DNA of 64,000 nucleotides from Escherichia coli. GTDB lineage: Bacteria > Pseudomonadota > Gammaproteobacteria > Enterobacterales > Enterobacteriaceae. Location of the stretch: assembly GCF_024700885.2 (NCBI RefSeq), contig NZ_CP117016.1; one strand, written 5' to 3'. Made by a program: the position numbers and the translations under genes. Positions 39,700 through 51,609 of the stretch are shown here, piece after piece (position 1 is the first letter of the stretch; the number at the start of each line of letters is the position of its first letter). Below the pieces are notes generated by a model that searched no databases, was not told where the DNA came from, and was given only the letters and a program-made list of their open reading frames with translations.

Positions 39700-42600
39700 T
39701 TATTTCACTGCAAACGCACTTTCCAGTTTGCTGTAGCCCAGGCCGTTGATCTTCTTCACTTTGATCTGCACCGGAATACGCTCTTTCATCGCTTCAACGT
39801 GGCTAATCACACCGATGGTTTTGCCACTGGCATTCAGGGCATCCAGCGCATCAAGGGCGGTATCCAGCGTTTCGCTATCCAGCGTGCCAAAACCTTCATC
39901 GAGGAACAGCGAATCAATACGCGTTTTATGGCTGACCAGATCTGAAAGCGCCAGTGCCAGCGCCAGACTGACGAGGAAACTCTCGCCACCGGAAAGGGTA
40001 CGGGTATCGCGTACCGCATCTGCCTGCCAGGTATCAACAACCTCGACTTCCAGCGCCTCGCTGGCTTTGCGCTGTAACAGATAGCGCCCGTGCAGCCGGG
40101 TAAGTTGCTGATTAGCGAGATGGACTAAATTATCCAGCGTCAGTCCCTGGGCAAACTTGCGGAATTTATCGCCCTCTTTGGAACCTATTAGCGAATTCAG
40201 ATATCCCCAGTCCTCAACCTGCTGCGTCATTTGAGCAATTTGCTGCATTAAGGTTTGTTGTTGCTGACGGTTGTCTGCATCCTGCTTCAGCTGCTGGCGA
40301 ATCTCGCCCTGACTGGTGGTGTTTTCACGCAACTTTTGGTGAGTTTGCGCTAACTCTTGCTGAATCTGCTCCACCGTTACAGTGAGAGCCAACCCGTCAG
40401 GTCGGTGTTGCTGATGCTGTGCCAGCGTTTCTGCTGTCTGAGTGACCAGTGTTTGCACCTGACGGCGCTGGTTTTCCAGATTCTGCTTGAGCTGTTCCAG
40501 TTGCGTTAGTGTTTGTTCATCCATTAGCGCCGCAAGGAACGCCTGCTGATCGTCAAAGATGCTGGCCTGTAGCGCGGTGTCAAACTGCGCCTGGGCTTTT
40601 TGCAGACTTTGCGCCGCCAGAACGTCCTGTTGCTGTAACGTCTGCTGCTGGCTGTGTAATGCGAGACATTGTTCATGAACCTGCCGCCAGTTTTCCAGTA
40701 CCACAGTTTCTTCGCTGTGCGGGAGTTCATCACTTTGCGGCAACGTTTCCAGAATCGGCGTCAGCTGCTGCATACGGTTTTGCAGCGCGGTTAATTCGTT
40801 CTGGCGTTGCTGCCACCTCTGCGCTTCTTGCTGACGTGTCGCCAACCAGCTCTCTTCTTCATCTTCCTGTGGCAATGTCAGTGCATAACCCGCCAATGCC
40901 GTTAAGAGTTGCTGCTGGCGTTGTTCAATTTGCTGTTGATACTGAATAATTTGCTGATTATGCGCGGCAATCTGCCCTTGTAATTCATGCCGTTGGCTGA
41001 GTAACCGCAGCTGGCGTTCGTGCTCATCTTGTGCATCCAGCCACGGTTGAATATCGTCCTGTGGCTGCAAGGTGATATTGAGGCTGGCCGTGACGGCTTG
41101 CCATTGTTGAGTAAGTGCTTGCTCATCTTGTCGGAGGCTTTGCGCTTCGTTTTCATCACGCTGAAGTTGCTTTGTTAAGGCGTCCAGTTGCCCACGTAGC
41201 GTCGCACCTTCTTCACCGAGCTTTTTAACTTCGTTTTCCAGCGCCAGTAATCGAGACTGATTAACGCCAGGCTCCAGCGCCTGATACGCCTCGACCGCCG
41301 GGTGGCTGGTGGAACCACAAAGAGGACAAGGCTGACCCGCCTGTAACTGTGCACGCTGGGCTTCCAGCGTTTTGATGCGCGCTTCCTGCTCGCAAATGGT
41401 TTTCACATCGGCAAGTTGCTGCGTCTTTTCTTTATAACGCTGGCGCATTTCGTTAAGTGCGGCGTTACGTTGCGTCTGTTCTTGCGTGACATTCTGGATA
41501 GTGACCTGTAATTGCGCCAGGCGTTTTTGTTGGGGAACAATCTGTCCATGCAGCGCGACCAGGCGCTGACGCAGCGTGCGTTGCTCAGCATGTTGCGCCA
41601 GGGCGGTAGCAACTTCATCGGCGGTTAACGTCAACGTGATCGCCGCAAGCGCATTAAGTTTTTGCTCAGCATGGGTTAACTGTTGCTGCCATTGCCGCAG
41701 ATGCTCGCGATCGCTGGTTTGTTGGGAGAACTGCGCACGCCAACCCGCCAGTTCGTTGTTCCACTGACGGAAGCGGTCGTGTTCCTGTAACCAGGCATTC
41801 AGGCTTTGTTGCTGCTGCTGTAATTCTGCAGACTGCTTCGCCGCGTGGTGGCGAATGCTCGCCCGAAGCGCCATTGTGCTCTGTAAGCGAGTATTTACTT
41901 CTTCAATCTGCTGGCGAGTATGCGCCAGCGCCGCGCTGTGTTCTGCGATGCGTTCCCAGTGTGGACGAAGATTTCGTGCCGGTTGTGCCAGACTGAGCGC
42001 CGCCAGTTGAGGTTGCGCTTTTTCTTCTTCGGCTAACGCCTGTTGCAAGGCCTGTTGACGGCGGCTGGCTTCTTGCTGCAATTCGTCCAGACGCGTTAAC
42101 CAGTTTAGTGATTGTTGTTCTTGCTGCTGCGCGGTAAGTAACTGTTTTTCTTCGTCAGTAAGTACCTGCAAACTCGCTGTCAGCGATTGCACTTGTTCTG
42201 GCGTGAGCAACGCGACGCCGCTGGCCTGCGCTTGCAGCTTCTCCAGCTCTGTGCGGGCCGATTTGTGCTGCTCAAAAACCATCGCCGAGATTTGCCCGTA
42301 GATTTCAGTGCCGGTTAACTCCTCGAGCAATTCCGCGCGTTCTTTTGGTTTGGCATTCAGGAAGGCAGCAAATTGCCCCTGCGAAAGCAGCATCGAACGG
42401 GTGAAGCGCCCGTAATCCAGTCCGGTTAACGTCGCCGTCAGTTCCAGCTTATCTTTCACTTTGTCGGCGAGAATTTTGCCGTCGGCGCAGCGCGCCAGCT
42501 CTACGCGTGGCACCTGCAAATTACCGTCGGGCTGGTTACGCGCCCGATTCTGGCTCCAGAACGCGCGATACGCTTCACCTTTGACTTCAAACTCCACTTC

Positions 42601-42843
42601 CGCCAGACATTCGGCGGTATCGCGGGTCATGAGATCATTTTGCGATTGTGAAACGTTAGAAAGGCGCGGAGTTTCGTGATACAGCGCCAGACAAATGGCG
42701 TCCAGCAGGGTGGTTTTCCCCGCACCGGTTGGGCCGGTAATGGCAAACAGCCCGTTGCTGGCGAACGGCTCGCGGGTGAAATCAATCTTCCATTCGCCTT
42801 TTAATGAGTTCAGGTTTTTCAGGCGCAGGCTGAGAATTTTCAT
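39700..42843 (-). CDS. sbcC: SbcCD nuclease ATPase subunit (Rad50 homologue)
   Basis: 1047-aa ORF; Walker [10 protein letters not shown], long Gln-rich coiled coil, zinc hook PCPLCGS, C-terminal signature LSGGE and Walker B LFLDEGF. Confidence 0.93.
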   Translation of the reverse strand: MKILSLRLKNLNSLKGEWKIDFTREPFASNGLFAITGPTGAGKTTLLDAICLALYHETPRLSNVSQSQNDLMTRDTAECLAEVEFEVKGEAYRAFWSQNRARNQPDGNLQVPRVELARCADGKILADKVKDKLELTATLTGLDYGRFTRSMLLSQGQFAAFLNAKPKERAELLEELTGTEIYGQISAMVFEQHKSARTELEKLQAQASGVALLTPEQVQSLTASLQVLTDEEKQLLTAQQQEQQSLNWLTRLDELQQEASRRQQALQQALAEEEKAQPQLAALSLAQPARNLRPHWERIAEHSAALAHTRQQIEEVNTRLQSTMALRASIRHHAAKQSAELQQQQQSLNAWLQEHDRFRQWNNELAGWRAQFSQQTSDREHLRQWQQQLTHAEQKLNALAAITLTLTADEVATALAQHAEQRTLRQRLVALHGQIVPQQKRLAQLQVTIQNVTQEQTQRNAALNEMRQRYKEKTQQLADVKTICEQEARIKTLEAQRAQLQAGQPCPLCGSTSHPAVEAYQALEPGVNQSRLLALENEVKKLGEEGATLRGQLDALTKQLQRDENEAQSLRQDEQALTQQWQAVTASLNITLQPQDDIQPWLDAQDEHERQLRLLSQRHELQGQIAAHNQQIIQYQQQIEQRQQQLLTALAGYALTLPQEDEEESWLATRQQEAQRWQQRQNELTALQNRMQQLTPILETLPQSDELPHSEETVVLENWRQVHEQCLALHSQQQTLQQQDVLAAQSLQKAQAQFDTALQASIFDDQQAFLAALMDEQTLTQLEQLKQNLENQRRQVQTLVTQTAETLAQHQQHRPDGLALTVTVEQIQQELAQTHQKLRENTTSQGEIRQQLKQDADNRQQQQTLMQQIAQMTQQVEDWGYLNSLIGSKEGDKFRKFAQGLTLDNLVHLANQQLTRLHGRYLLQRKASEALEVEVVDTWQADAVRDTRTLSGGESFLVSLALALALSDLVSHKTRIDSLFLDEGFGTLDSETLDTALDALDALNASGKTIGVISHVEAMKERIPVQIKVKKINGLGYSKLESAFAVK

Positions 42844-44042
42844 GCTTCGTGTTCTCCTGCGAGGGTATGCAATGTCGTGGCGAAAAGATGCTGCAGACGT
42901 TGCTGCTGCGATTCATCCAGTTCTTCCAGTGCCAGACGGCGATTGAACACCTCTTCGACGCTGAGTTCGCTGAGGGTTTCACGCTGTTGGCTGGCTAACA
43001 CTCGCTCGCGCTGTTCACGACTCCGGCGTACCAGCAATACTTCGACAGGTAATGATTCGGTTAATGCCTGGATTTTGCGCTGAATATCATGCAGATACTC
43101 ATCAGTAGTGATTTCGATATCCAGCCAGACAGGTGGCTCCTGTGATACATCGCGCCACTGTTCCAGCTGTTCGGTAATCGACGCCAGATCGCCTTTCAGC
43201 ACCGCCATGGGTTGCGTTACCGGTACGTTCAGGTTTTCCACGCTCTCTAATTTGCCGTTTGAAAATGTCACTAGATGGACATATTTACTCTTACCGCATT
43301 CATCAAAACTCAGTGGAATGGGGGAACCGCAATAGCGAACATGTTCCATGCCGCCAATAATCTGTGCGCGGTGAATATGCCCGAGCGCGATGTAGTCGGC
43401 TGGTGGAAAGTTTTGTGCCGGAAACGCGTCCAGCGTGCCAATATAGATGTCACGCACGGCGTCACTTTTACTGGCACCCACGGTCGTTAAGTGTCCCGTG
43501 GCGATGATGGGCAGAGGCTGATCGCCGCGCAGTTTGCAGGCATCGGCATAGTGTTGTTGGTAATAATCGGTAATAGCTGCCAGCAAATGCTGCTGTTTTT
43601 CAATACTGTTAAGCCCCGCCTGGCTGGTAATAATGTCACGCGGACGTAAAAACGGAATAGGGCACAGCACTGCGCCTGGCGTCCCGTCGCGACGAGGCAA
43701 GATTTGCGGCGCATGTCCGGCGCTGGCGACCACGGTCGTATTGAGGAACGCCATGATATCGCGCGATTCATTCAGCGTGGCGACCGAGTCATGGTTTCCT
43801 GCCAGTACCACCAGATGACAGCCAGTTTGCTGTAAATTGACAACAAAACGGTTGTATAACGTGCGGGCGTAACTGGGGGGCGAGCCGGTATCGAAAACAT
43901 CACCGGCAACAATAATCGCATCCACCTGATGGGTTTGTGCTGTCTCCAGCAGCCAGTCAAGAAAAGCCTGATGTTCAGCTTCGCGGCTTTTACTGTAGAA
44001 GTTCTGGCCGAGATGCCAGTCTGAGGTGTGAAGGATGCGCAT
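42840..44042 (-). CDS. sbcD: SbcCD nuclease subunit (Mre11 homologue)
   Basis: ORF 42840..44084 trimmed to [12 protein letters not shown] (400 aa); calcineurin-like phosphoesterase motifs DWH, GDVFD, GNHD; 4-nt overlap with sbcC. Confidence 0.92.
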   Translation of the reverse strand: MRILHTSDWHLGQNFYSKSREAEHQAFLDWLLETAQTHQVDAIIVAGDVFDTGSPPSYARTLYNRFVVNLQQTGCHLVVLAGNHDSVATLNESRDIMAFLNTTVVASAGHAPQILPRRDGTPGAVLCPIPFLRPRDIITSQAGLNSIEKQQHLLAAITDYYQQHYADACKLRGDQPLPIIATGHLTTVGASKSDAVRDIYIGTLDAFPAQNFPPADYIALGHIHRAQIIGGMEHVRYCGSPIPLSFDECGKSKYVHLVTFSNGKLESVENLNVPVTQPMAVLKGDLASITEQLEQWRDVSQEPPVWLDIEITTDEYLHDIQRKIQALTESLPVEVLLVRRSREQRERVLASQQRETLSELSVEEVFNRRLALEELDESQQQRLQHLFATTLHTLAGEHEA

Positions 44043-44149
44043 AACGGTTCCCTGGCGAAAAAGCATGGGCGCGATTATACCCAAACAGATGTGCCATTTG
44101 CTTTTTTCTGCGCCACGGAAATCAATAACCTGAAGATATGTGCGACGAG

Positions 44150-44185
44150 CTTTTCATAAATCTGTCATAAATCTGACGCATAATG
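44150..44185 (+). promoter_or_regulatory. Pho box of the phoBR promoter
   Basis: ttttcataaatctgtcataaatctgacgcat: tandem CTGTCATA-type repeats upstream of phoB. Confidence 0.8.
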
Positions 44186-44231
44186 ACGTCGCATTAATGA
44201 TCGCAACCTATTTATTACAACAGGGCAAATC

Positions 44232-44921
44232 ATGGCGAGACGTATTCTGGTCGTAGAAGATGAAGCACCAATTCGCGAAATGGTCTGCTTCGTGCTCGAA
44301 CAAAATGGCTTTCAGCCGGTCGAAGCGGAAGATTATGACAGTGCTGTGAATCAACTGAATGAACCCTGGCCGGATTTAATTCTCCTTGACTGGATGTTAC
44401 CTGGCGGCTCCGGTATCCAGTTCATCAAACACCTCAAGCGCGAGTCGATGACCCGGGATATTCCAGTGGTGATGTTGACCGCCAGAGGGGAAGAAGAAGA
44501 TCGCGTGCGCGGCCTTGAAACCGGCGCGGATGACTATATCACCAAGCCGTTTTCGCCGAAGGAGCTGGTGGCGCGAATCAAAGCGGTAATGCGCCGTATT
44601 TCGCCAATGGCGGTGGAAGAGGTGATCGAGATGCAGGGGCTAAGCCTCGACCCGACATCTCACCGGGTGATGGCGGGCGAAGAGCCACTGGAGATGGGGC
44701 CGACAGAATTTAAACTGCTGCACTTTTTTATGACGCATCCTGAGCGCGTGTACAGCCGCGAGCAGCTGTTAAACCACGTCTGGGGAACTAACGTGTATGT
44801 GGAAGACCGCACGGTCGATGTCCACATTCGTCGCCTGCGTAAAGCACTGGAGCCCGGCGGGCATGACCGCATGGTGCAGACTGTGCGCGGTACAGGATAT
44901 CGTTTTTCAACCCGCTTTTAA
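44232..44921 (+). CDS. phoB: phosphate regulon response regulator (OmpR family)
   Basis: 229-aa [20 protein letters not shown]; receiver plus winged-helix domains. Confidence 0.95.
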
Positions 44922-44978
44922 CGCCTTGCTCATCGGACGCAGAGCAGGGCTTATGATTTCTTAACTGGAGTATCTTAC

Positions 44979-46274
44979 GTGCTGGAACGGCTGTCGTGGA
45001 AAAGGCTGGTGCTGGAGCTGCTACTTTGCTGCCTCCCGGCTTTCATCCTGGGTGCATTTTTTGGTTACCTGCCCTGGTTTTTGCTGGCATCGGTAACGGG
45101 ACTGCTTATCTGGCATTTCTGGAATTTGTTGCGCCTTTCATGGTGGCTGTGGGTGGATCGTAGTATGACCCCGCCACCGGGACGTGGTAGCTGGGAACCG
45201 CTGCTATACGGATTACACCAGATGCAGTTGCGAAATAAAAAACGCCGCCGCGAACTGGGCAATCTGATTAAACGCTTTCGTAGCGGCGCGGAGTCGCTGC
45301 CCGACGCGGTGGTGCTGACCACGGAAGAGGGCGGTATTTTCTGGTGCAACGGTCTGGCGCAACAGATTCTTGGCTTGCGCTGGCCGGAAGATAACGGGCA
45401 GAACATCCTTAACTTGCTGCGTTACCCGGAGTTTACGCAATATCTGAAAACGCGTGATTTTTCTCGCCCGCTTAATCTGGTGCTCAACACCGGGCGGCAT
45501 CTGGAAATTCGCGTCATGCCTTATACCCACAAACAGTTGCTGATGGTGGCGCGTGATGTCACGCAAATGCATCAACTGGAAGGGGCGCGGCGTAACTTTT
45601 TTGCCAACGTGAGCCATGAGTTACGTACGCCATTGACCGTGTTACAGGGTTACCTGGAGATGATGGATGAGCAACCGCTGGAAGGCGCGGTACGTGAAAA
45701 AGCGTTGCACACCATGCGCGAGCAGACCCAGCGGATGGAAGGGCTGGTGAAGCAGTTGCTGACGCTGTCGAAAATAGAAGCCGCACCGACGCATTTGCTC
45801 AATGAAAAGGTTGATGTGCCAATGATGCTGCGCGTTGTTGAGCGCGAGGCTCAGACTCTGAGTCAGAAAAAACAGACATTTACCTTTGAGATAGATAACG
45901 GCCTCAAGGTGTCTGGCAACGAAGATCAGCTACGCAGTGCGATTTCGAACCTGGTCTATAACGCCGTAAATCATACGCCGGAAGGCACGCATATCACCGT
46001 ACGCTGGCAGCGAGTGCCGCACGGTGCCGAATTTAGCGTTGAAGATAACGGACCGGGCATTGCACCGGAGCATATTCCGCGCCTGACCGAGCGTTTTTAT
46101 CGCGTTGATAAAGCGCGTTCCCGGCAAACCGGCGGTAGCGGATTAGGGTTAGCGATCGTGAAACATGCGGTGAATCATCACGAAAGTCGCCTGAATATTG
46201 AGAGTACAGTAGGAAAAGGAACACGTTTCAGTTTTGTTATCCCGGAACGTTTAATTGCCAAAAACAGCGATTAA
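44979..46274 (+). CDS. phoR: phosphate regulon sensor histidine kinase
   Basis: 431-aa ORF; H-box [10 protein letters not shown]-box [10 protein letters not shown]; follows phoB. Confidence 0.93.
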   Translation: MLERLSWKRLVLELLLCCLPAFILGAFFGYLPWFLLASVTGLLIWHFWNLLRLSWWLWVDRSMTPPPGRGSWEPLLYGLHQMQLRNKKRRRELGNLIKRFRSGAESLPDAVVLTTEEGGIFWCNGLAQQILGLRWPEDNGQNILNLLRYPEFTQYLKTRDFSRPLNLVLNTGRHLEIRVMPYTHKQLLMVARDVTQMHQLEGARRNFFANVSHELRTPLTVLQGYLEMMDEQPLEGAVREKALHTMREQTQRMEGLVKQLLTLSKIEAAPTHLLNEKVDVPMMLRVVEREAQTLSQKKQTFTFEIDNGLKVSGNEDQLRSAISNLVYNAVNHTPEGTHITVRWQRVPHGAEFSVEDNGPGIAPEHIPRLTERFYRVDKARSRQTGGSGLGLAIVKHAVNHHESRLNIESTVGKGTRFSFVIPERLIAKNSD

Positions 46275-46299
46275 TCCGCCTTTGTCATCTTTTATTGCC

Positions 46300-46330
46300 A
46301 TAAGCCAGCCGATGCTGGCTTATTTTCTTT
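46300..46330 (+). terminator. rho-independent terminator after phoR
   Basis: aagccagc-cgat-gctggctt hairpin followed by attttcttt. Confidence 0.7.
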
Positions 46331-46680
46331 GCAGTCAAAATACGGGCGTTAGATTTTACAACGGTTGGTGATTTTTTGTTCGCATGATTAGCCATGTCTT
46401 TTTCACGGAAATAGTGTTTTATACTGGTTGGTGATTTCTTATCGCTATATACCTCTGGTTTTTAGATCCCTTCTTGCTTTAAAACGTTATAAGCGTTTAA
46501 ATTGCGCTTCAGGTGCTGTCATACTGACTGCATTAACGCGGTAAATCGAAAAACTATTCTTCGCCGCGCCTGGTTGGGAGTATTTCCCGCTAAAATTGTT
46601 TAAATATACCGCTGTATCATCCCCAGGGATTGGCACAAAAATTTAACGTTACAACACCACATCCACAGGCAGTATGATTT

Positions 46681-48000
46681 ATGACCCATCAATTAAGATC
46701 GCGCGATATCATCGCTCTGGGCTTTATGACATTTGCGTTGTTCGTCGGCGCAGGTAACATTATTTTCCCTCCAATGGTCGGCTTGCAGGCAGGCGAACAC
46801 GTCTGGACTGCGGCATTCGGCTTCCTCATTACTGCCGTTGGCCTGCCGGTATTAACGGTAGTGGCGCTGGCAAAAGTTGGCGGCGGTGTTGACAGCCTCA
46901 GCACGCCAATCGGTAAAGTCGCTGGCGTACTGCTGGCAACGGTTTGTTACCTGGCGGTGGGGCCGCTTTTCGCTACGCCGCGTACAGCTACCGTTTCCTT
47001 TGAAGTGGGGATTGCACCGCTGACGGGTGATTCCGCGCTGCCGCTGTTTATCTACAGCCTGGTCTATTTCGCTATCGTTATTCTGGTTTCGCTCTATCCG
47101 GGCAAGCTGCTGGATACCGTGGGCAACTTCCTTGCGCCGCTGAAAATTATCGCGCTGGTCATCCTGTCTGTTGCCGCGATTGTCTGGCCGGCGGGTTCTA
47201 TCAGCACGGCGACTGAGGCTTATCAAAACGCTGCGTTTTCTAACGGCTTCGTTAACGGCTATCTGACCATGGATACGCTGGGCGCAATGGTGTTTGGTAT
47301 CGTTATTGTTAACGCGGCGCGTTCTCGTGGCGTTACCGAAGCGCGTCTGCTGACCCGTTATACCGTCTGGGCTGGCCTGATGGCGGGTGTTGGTCTGACT
47401 CTGCTGTACCTGGCGCTGTTCCGTCTGGGTTCAGACAGCGCGTCACTGGTCGATCAGTCTGCAAACGGCGCTGCTATTCTGCATGCTTACGTTCAGCACA
47501 CCTTTGGCGGCGGCGGTAGCTTCCTGCTGGCGGCGTTAATCTTCATCGCCTGCCTGGTAACGGCAGTTGGCCTGACCTGTGCTTGTGCAGAATTCTTTGC
47601 CCAGTACGTACCGCTCTCTTATCGTACGCTGGTGTTTATCCTCGGCGGCTTCTCGATGGTGGTTTCTAACCTCGGCTTAAGCCAGCTGATCCAGATCTCC
47701 GTACCGGTGCTGACCGCTATTTATCCGCCGTGTATCGCACTGGTTGTATTAAGTTTTACACGCTCATGGTGGCATAATTCGTCCCGCGTGATTGCTCCGC
47801 CGATGTTTATCAGCCTGCTTTTTGGTATTCTCGACGGGATCAAAGCATCTGCATTCAGCGATATCTTACCGTCCTGGGCGCAGCGTTTACCGCTGGCCGA
47901 ACAAGGTCTGGCGTGGTTAATGCCAACAGTGGTGATGGTGGTTCTGGCCATTATCTGGGATCGCGCGGCAGGTCGTCAGGTGACCTCCAGCGCTCACTAA
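46681..48000 (+). CDS. brnQ: branched-chain amino acid:cation symporter (LIVCS family)
   Basis: 439-aa polytopic membrane ORF. Confidence 0.9.
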   Translation: MTHQLRSRDIIALGFMTFALFVGAGNIIFPPMVGLQAGEHVWTAAFGFLITAVGLPVLTVVALAKVGGGVDSLSTPIGKVAGVLLATVCYLAVGPLFATPRTATVSFEVGIAPLTGDSALPLFIYSLVYFAIVILVSLYPGKLLDTVGNFLAPLKIIALVILSVAAIVWPAGSISTATEAYQNAAFSNGFVNGYLTMDTLGAMVFGIVIVNAARSRGVTEARLLTRYTVWAGLMAGVGLTLLYLALFRLGSDSASLVDQSANGAAILHAYVQHTFGGGGSFLLAALIFIACLVTAVGLTCACAEFFAQYVPLSYRTLVFILGGFSMVVSNLGLSQLIQISVPVLTAIYPPCIALVVLSFTRSWWHNSSRVIAPPMFISLLFGILDGIKASAFSDILPSWAQRLPLAEQGLAWLMPTVVMVVLAIIWDRAAGRQVTSSAH

Positions 48001-48020
48001 ATCACTGAACATTTGTTTTA

Positions 48021-48052
48021 ACCACGGGGCTGCGATGCCCCGTGGTTTTTTA
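48021..48052 (+). terminator. rho-independent terminator after brnQ
   Basis: ccacggggc-tgcgat-gccccgtgg hairpin followed by ttttttatt. Confidence 0.75.
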
Positions 48053-48075
48053 TTGTGTTGATGGGTTAGGAATTG

Positions 48076-49449
48076 ATGGAAAGTAAGAACAAGCTAAAGC
48101 GTGGGCTAAGTACCCGCCACATACGCTTTATGGCACTGGGTTCAGCAATTGGCACCGGGTTGTTTTACGGTTCGGCAGACGCCATCAAAATGGCCGGTCC
48201 GAGCGTGTTGTTGGCCTATATTATCGGTGGTATCGCGGCGTATATCATTATGCGTGCGCTGGGGGAAATGTCGGTACATAACCCGGCCGCCAGCTCTTTC
48301 TCGCGTTATGCGCAGGAAAACCTCGGCCCGCTGGCAGGTTACATTACCGGCTGGACCTACTGCTTTGAAATCCTTATTGTCGCCATCGCCGATGTGACCG
48401 CTTTTGGTATCTATATGGGTGTCTGGTTCCCGACGGTGCCGCACTGGATTTGGGTACTGAGCGTGGTGCTGATCATTTGCGCCGTAAACCTGATGAGCGT
48501 GAAGGTATTCGGTGAGCTGGAATTCTGGTTCTCGTTCTTTAAAGTCGCCACTATCATCATCATGATTGTCGCCGGTTTCGGCATCATCATCTGGGGGATT
48601 GGCAACGGCGGGCAACCGACCGGTATTCATAACCTGTGGAGCAACGGCGGCTTCTTCAGTAACGGCTGGCTTGGGATGGTGATGTCGTTGCAAATGGTGA
48701 TGTTTGCTTACGGTGGGATCGAAATTATCGGGATTACCGCCGGTGAAGCGAAAGATCCTGAGAAATCGATTCCGCGTGCGATTAACTCCGTGCCGATGCG
48801 TATTCTGGTGTTCTATGTCGGTACGCTGTTCGTCATTATGTCTATCTACCCGTGGAATCAGGTTGGCACTGCCGGTAGCCCGTTCGTACTGACGTTCCAG
48901 CATATGGGGATTACCTTTGCCGCCAGCATTCTTAACTTTGTTGTGCTGACCGCTTCGCTTTCGGCAATTAACAGTGACGTATTTGGCGTAGGCCGTATGC
49001 TCCACGGTATGGCAGAGCAGGGCAGCGCGCCAAAAATTTTCAGCAAAACCTCGCGTCGTGGTATTCCGTGGGTCACGGTGCTGGTGATGACTACCGCGCT
49101 ATTGTTTGCGGTATATCTGAACTACATCATGCCGGAAAACGTCTTCCTGGTGATCGCTTCGCTGGCGACCTTCGCCACGGTGTGGGTGTGGATTATGATC
49201 CTGCTGTCGCAAATCGCCTTCCGTCGCCGTTTACCGCCAGAAGAAGTTAAGGCGCTGAAATTTAAAGTACCGGGTGGGGTAGCAACCACCATCGGCGGTT
49301 TGATTTTTCTGCTCTTTATTATCGGGTTGATTGGTTATCACCCGGATACGCGTATCTCGCTGTATGTCGGTTTCGCGTGGATTGTTGTGCTGTTGATTGG
49401 CTGGATATTTAAGCGCCGCCACGATCGTCAGCTGGCTGAAAACCACTAA
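48076..49449 (+). CDS. proY: APC-family amino acid permease (cryptic proline transporter)
   Basis: ORF 48073..49449, second Met taken as start (457 aa); 12-TM amino acid permease profile. Confidence 0.9.
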   Translation: MESKNKLKRGLSTRHIRFMALGSAIGTGLFYGSADAIKMAGPSVLLAYIIGGIAAYIIMRALGEMSVHNPAASSFSRYAQENLGPLAGYITGWTYCFEILIVAIADVTAFGIYMGVWFPTVPHWIWVLSVVLIICAVNLMSVKVFGELEFWFSFFKVATIIIMIVAGFGIIIWGIGNGGQPTGIHNLWSNGGFFSNGWLGMVMSLQMVMFAYGGIEIIGITAGEAKDPEKSIPRAINSVPMRILVFYVGTLFVIMSIYPWNQVGTAGSPFVLTFQHMGITFAASILNFVVLTASLSAINSDVFGVGRMLHGMAEQGSAPKIFSKTSRRGIPWVTVLVMTTALLFAVYLNYIMPENVFLVIASLATFATVWVWIMILLSQIAFRRRLPPEEVKALKFKVPGGVATTIGGLIFLLFIIGLIGYHPDTRISLYVGFAWIVVLLIGWIFKRRHDRQLAENH

Positions 49450-49469
49450 TCCTTGCGTTCTGTAAGCCG

Positions 49470-49540
49470 GTTCAGGAGGAAATCCTGATCCGGCTATTCC
49501 GAAAGTTATCCGCCCCCGTCCTCCTCCCCCAAATATCCTT
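49470..49540 (+). promoter_or_regulatory. malZ promoter region with MalT-box-like GGAGGA / TCCTCC hexamers
   Basis: ggagga ... cgtcctcctccccc upstream of malZ; malZ is known to be MalT-dependent; exact boxes not resolved. Confidence 0.45.
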
Positions 49541-49607
49541 CAGATGATGAGTGATCCTGCATTAGGCTATGGCAAGGTGATCAGATTTTCATCACAGGGG
49601 AATTATG

Positions 49608-51422
49608 ATGTTAAATGCATGGCACCTGCCGGTGCCCCCATTTGTTAAACAAAGCAAAGATCAACTGCTCATTACACTGTGGCTGACGGGCGAAGACCCA
49701 CCGCAGCGCATTATGCTGCGTACAGAACACGACAACGAAGAAACGTCAGTACCGATGCATAAGCAGCGCAGTCAGCCGCAGCCTGGCGTCACCGCATGGC
49801 GGGCGGCGATCGATCTCTCCAGCGGGCAACCTCGGCGGCGTTATAGTTTCAAATTACTGTGGCACGATCGCCAGCGTTGGTTTACACCGCAGGGCTTCAG
49901 CCGAATGCCGCCAGCACGACTGGAGCAGTTTGCCGTCGATGTCCCGGATATCGGCCCACAATGGGCTGCGGATCAGATTTTTTATCAGATCTTCCCTGAT
50001 CGTTTCGCCCGTAGTCTTCCTCGTGAAGCTGAACAGGATCATGTCTATTATCATCACGCAGCCGGACAAGAGATCATATTGCGTGACTGGGATGAACCGG
50101 TCACGGCGCAGGCGGGCGGATCAACGTTCTATGGCGGCGATCTGGACGGTATCAGCGAAAAACTGCCGTATCTGAAAAAACTTGGCGTGACGGCGCTGTA
50201 TCTTAATCCGGTGTTTAAAGCTCCCAGCGTACATAAATACGATACCGAGGATTATCGCCATGTCGATCCGCAGTTTGGCGGTGATGGGGCGTTGTTGCGT
50301 TTGCGACACAATACGCAGCAGCTGGGAATGCGGCTGGTGCTGGACGGCGTGTTTAACCACAGTGGCGATTCCCATGCCTGGTTTGACAGGCATAATCGTG
50401 GCACGGGAGGAGCTTGTCACAACCCCGAATCGCCCTGGCGCGACTGGTACTCGTTTAGTGATGATGGCACGGCGCTCGACTGGCTGGGCTATGCCAGCTT
50501 GCCGAAACTGGATTATCAGTCGGAAAGTCTGGTGAATGAAATTTATCGCGGGGAAGACAGTATTGTCCGCCACTGGCTGAAAGCGCCGTGGAATATGGAC
50601 GGCTGGCGGCTGGATGTGGTGCATATGCTGGGGGAAGCGGGTGGGGCGCGCAATAATTTGCAGCACGTTGCCGGGATCACCGAAGCGGCGAAAGAAACCC
50701 AGCCGGAAGCGTATATAGTTGGAGAGCATTTTGGCGATGCACGGCAATGGTTACAGGCCGATGTGGAAGATGCCGCCATGAACTATCGCGGCTTCACATT
50801 CCCGTTGTGGGGATTTCTCGCCAACACCGATATCTCTTATGATCCGCAGCAAATTGACGCCCAAACCTGTATGGCCTGGATGGATAATTACCGCGCAGGG
50901 CTTTCTCATCAACAGCAATTACGTATGTTTAATCAGCTCGATAGCCACGATACTGCGCGATTTAAAACGCTGCTCGGTCGGGATATTGCGCGCCTGCCGC
51001 TGGCGGTGGTCTGGTTGTTCACCTGGCCTGGTGTACCGTGCATTTATTACGGTGATGAAGTGGGACTGGATGGTAAAAACGATCCGTTTTGCCGTAAACC
51101 GTTCCCCTGGCAGGTGGAAAAGCAGGATACGGCGTTATTCGCGCTGTACCAGCGAATGATTGCGCTGCGTAAGAAAAGTCAGGCGCTGCGTCGTGGCGGC
51201 TGTCAGGTGCTATATGCGGAAGATAACGTGGTGGTATTTGGCCGCGTGCTGAATCAGCAGCGTGTACTGGTGGCAATCAACCGTGGAGAAGCCTGTGAAG
51301 TGGTGCTACCCGCGTCACCGTTGCTTAATGTTGCGCATTGGCAACGCAAAGAAGGCCATGGGCAACTGACAGACGGGATTCTGGCTTTGCCTGCCATTTC
51401 GGCTACGGTATGGATGAACTAA
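49608..51422 (+). CDS. malZ: maltodextrin glucosidase (GH13)
   Basis: ORF 49605..51422, second Met taken as start (604 aa); alpha-amylase-family motifs GVFNH and GWRLDV. Confidence 0.92.
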   Translation: MLNAWHLPVPPFVKQSKDQLLITLWLTGEDPPQRIMLRTEHDNEETSVPMHKQRSQPQPGVTAWRAAIDLSSGQPRRRYSFKLLWHDRQRWFTPQGFSRMPPARLEQFAVDVPDIGPQWAADQIFYQIFPDRFARSLPREAEQDHVYYHHAAGQEIILRDWDEPVTAQAGGSTFYGGDLDGISEKLPYLKKLGVTALYLNPVFKAPSVHKYDTEDYRHVDPQFGGDGALLRLRHNTQQLGMRLVLDGVFNHSGDSHAWFDRHNRGTGGACHNPESPWRDWYSFSDDGTALDWLGYASLPKLDYQSESLVNEIYRGEDSIVRHWLKAPWNMDGWRLDVVHMLGEAGGARNNLQHVAGITEAAKETQPEAYIVGEHFGDARQWLQADVEDAAMNYRGFTFPLWGFLANTDISYDPQQIDAQTCMAWMDNYRAGLSHQQQLRMFNQLDSHDTARFKTLLGRDIARLPLAVVWLFTWPGVPCIYYGDEVGLDGKNDPFCRKPFPWQVEKQDTALFALYQRMIALRKKSQALRRGGCQVLYAEDNVVVFGRVLNQQRVLVAINRGEACEVVLPASPLLNVAHWQRKEGHGQLTDGILALPAISATVWMN

Positions 51423-51454
51423 AGCATCTGTTTTATTTGTTACGTCGTTAGTCA

Positions 51455-51504
51455 TCAGCCCTGACACTACGCAGCGCAAAAAAGCTGCTCAATGTCAGGG
51501 CTGA
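51455..51504 (+). terminator. 12-bp perfect inverted repeat downstream of malZ; possible terminator or junction-associated dyad
   Basis: tcagccctgaca ... tgtcagggctga separated by about 26 nt; the loop is long for a classic terminator. Confidence 0.4.
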
Positions 51505-51609
51505 GTTTGTTAAATATTTGTCCCGTTCGATATGAGCGATTTTTGGTATTCTTTGCCCATGAGGTTATGTACAACCTGCTCCAGGATAACCCTGTATTGG
51601 AGCAAAGAT

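Noticed and set aside
50121-50747. 208-aa minus-strand ORF inside malZ
   Set aside because: Antisense to malZ
51532-51609. N-terminal 26-codon extension of the orphan ORF (MSDFWYSLPMRLCTTCSRITLYWSKD)
   Set aside because: The extension lacks an RBS and overlaps the GC-richer junction DNA; the internal ATG at 51610 has a ggag RBS and marks the onset of AT-rich composition, so it is the more likely start
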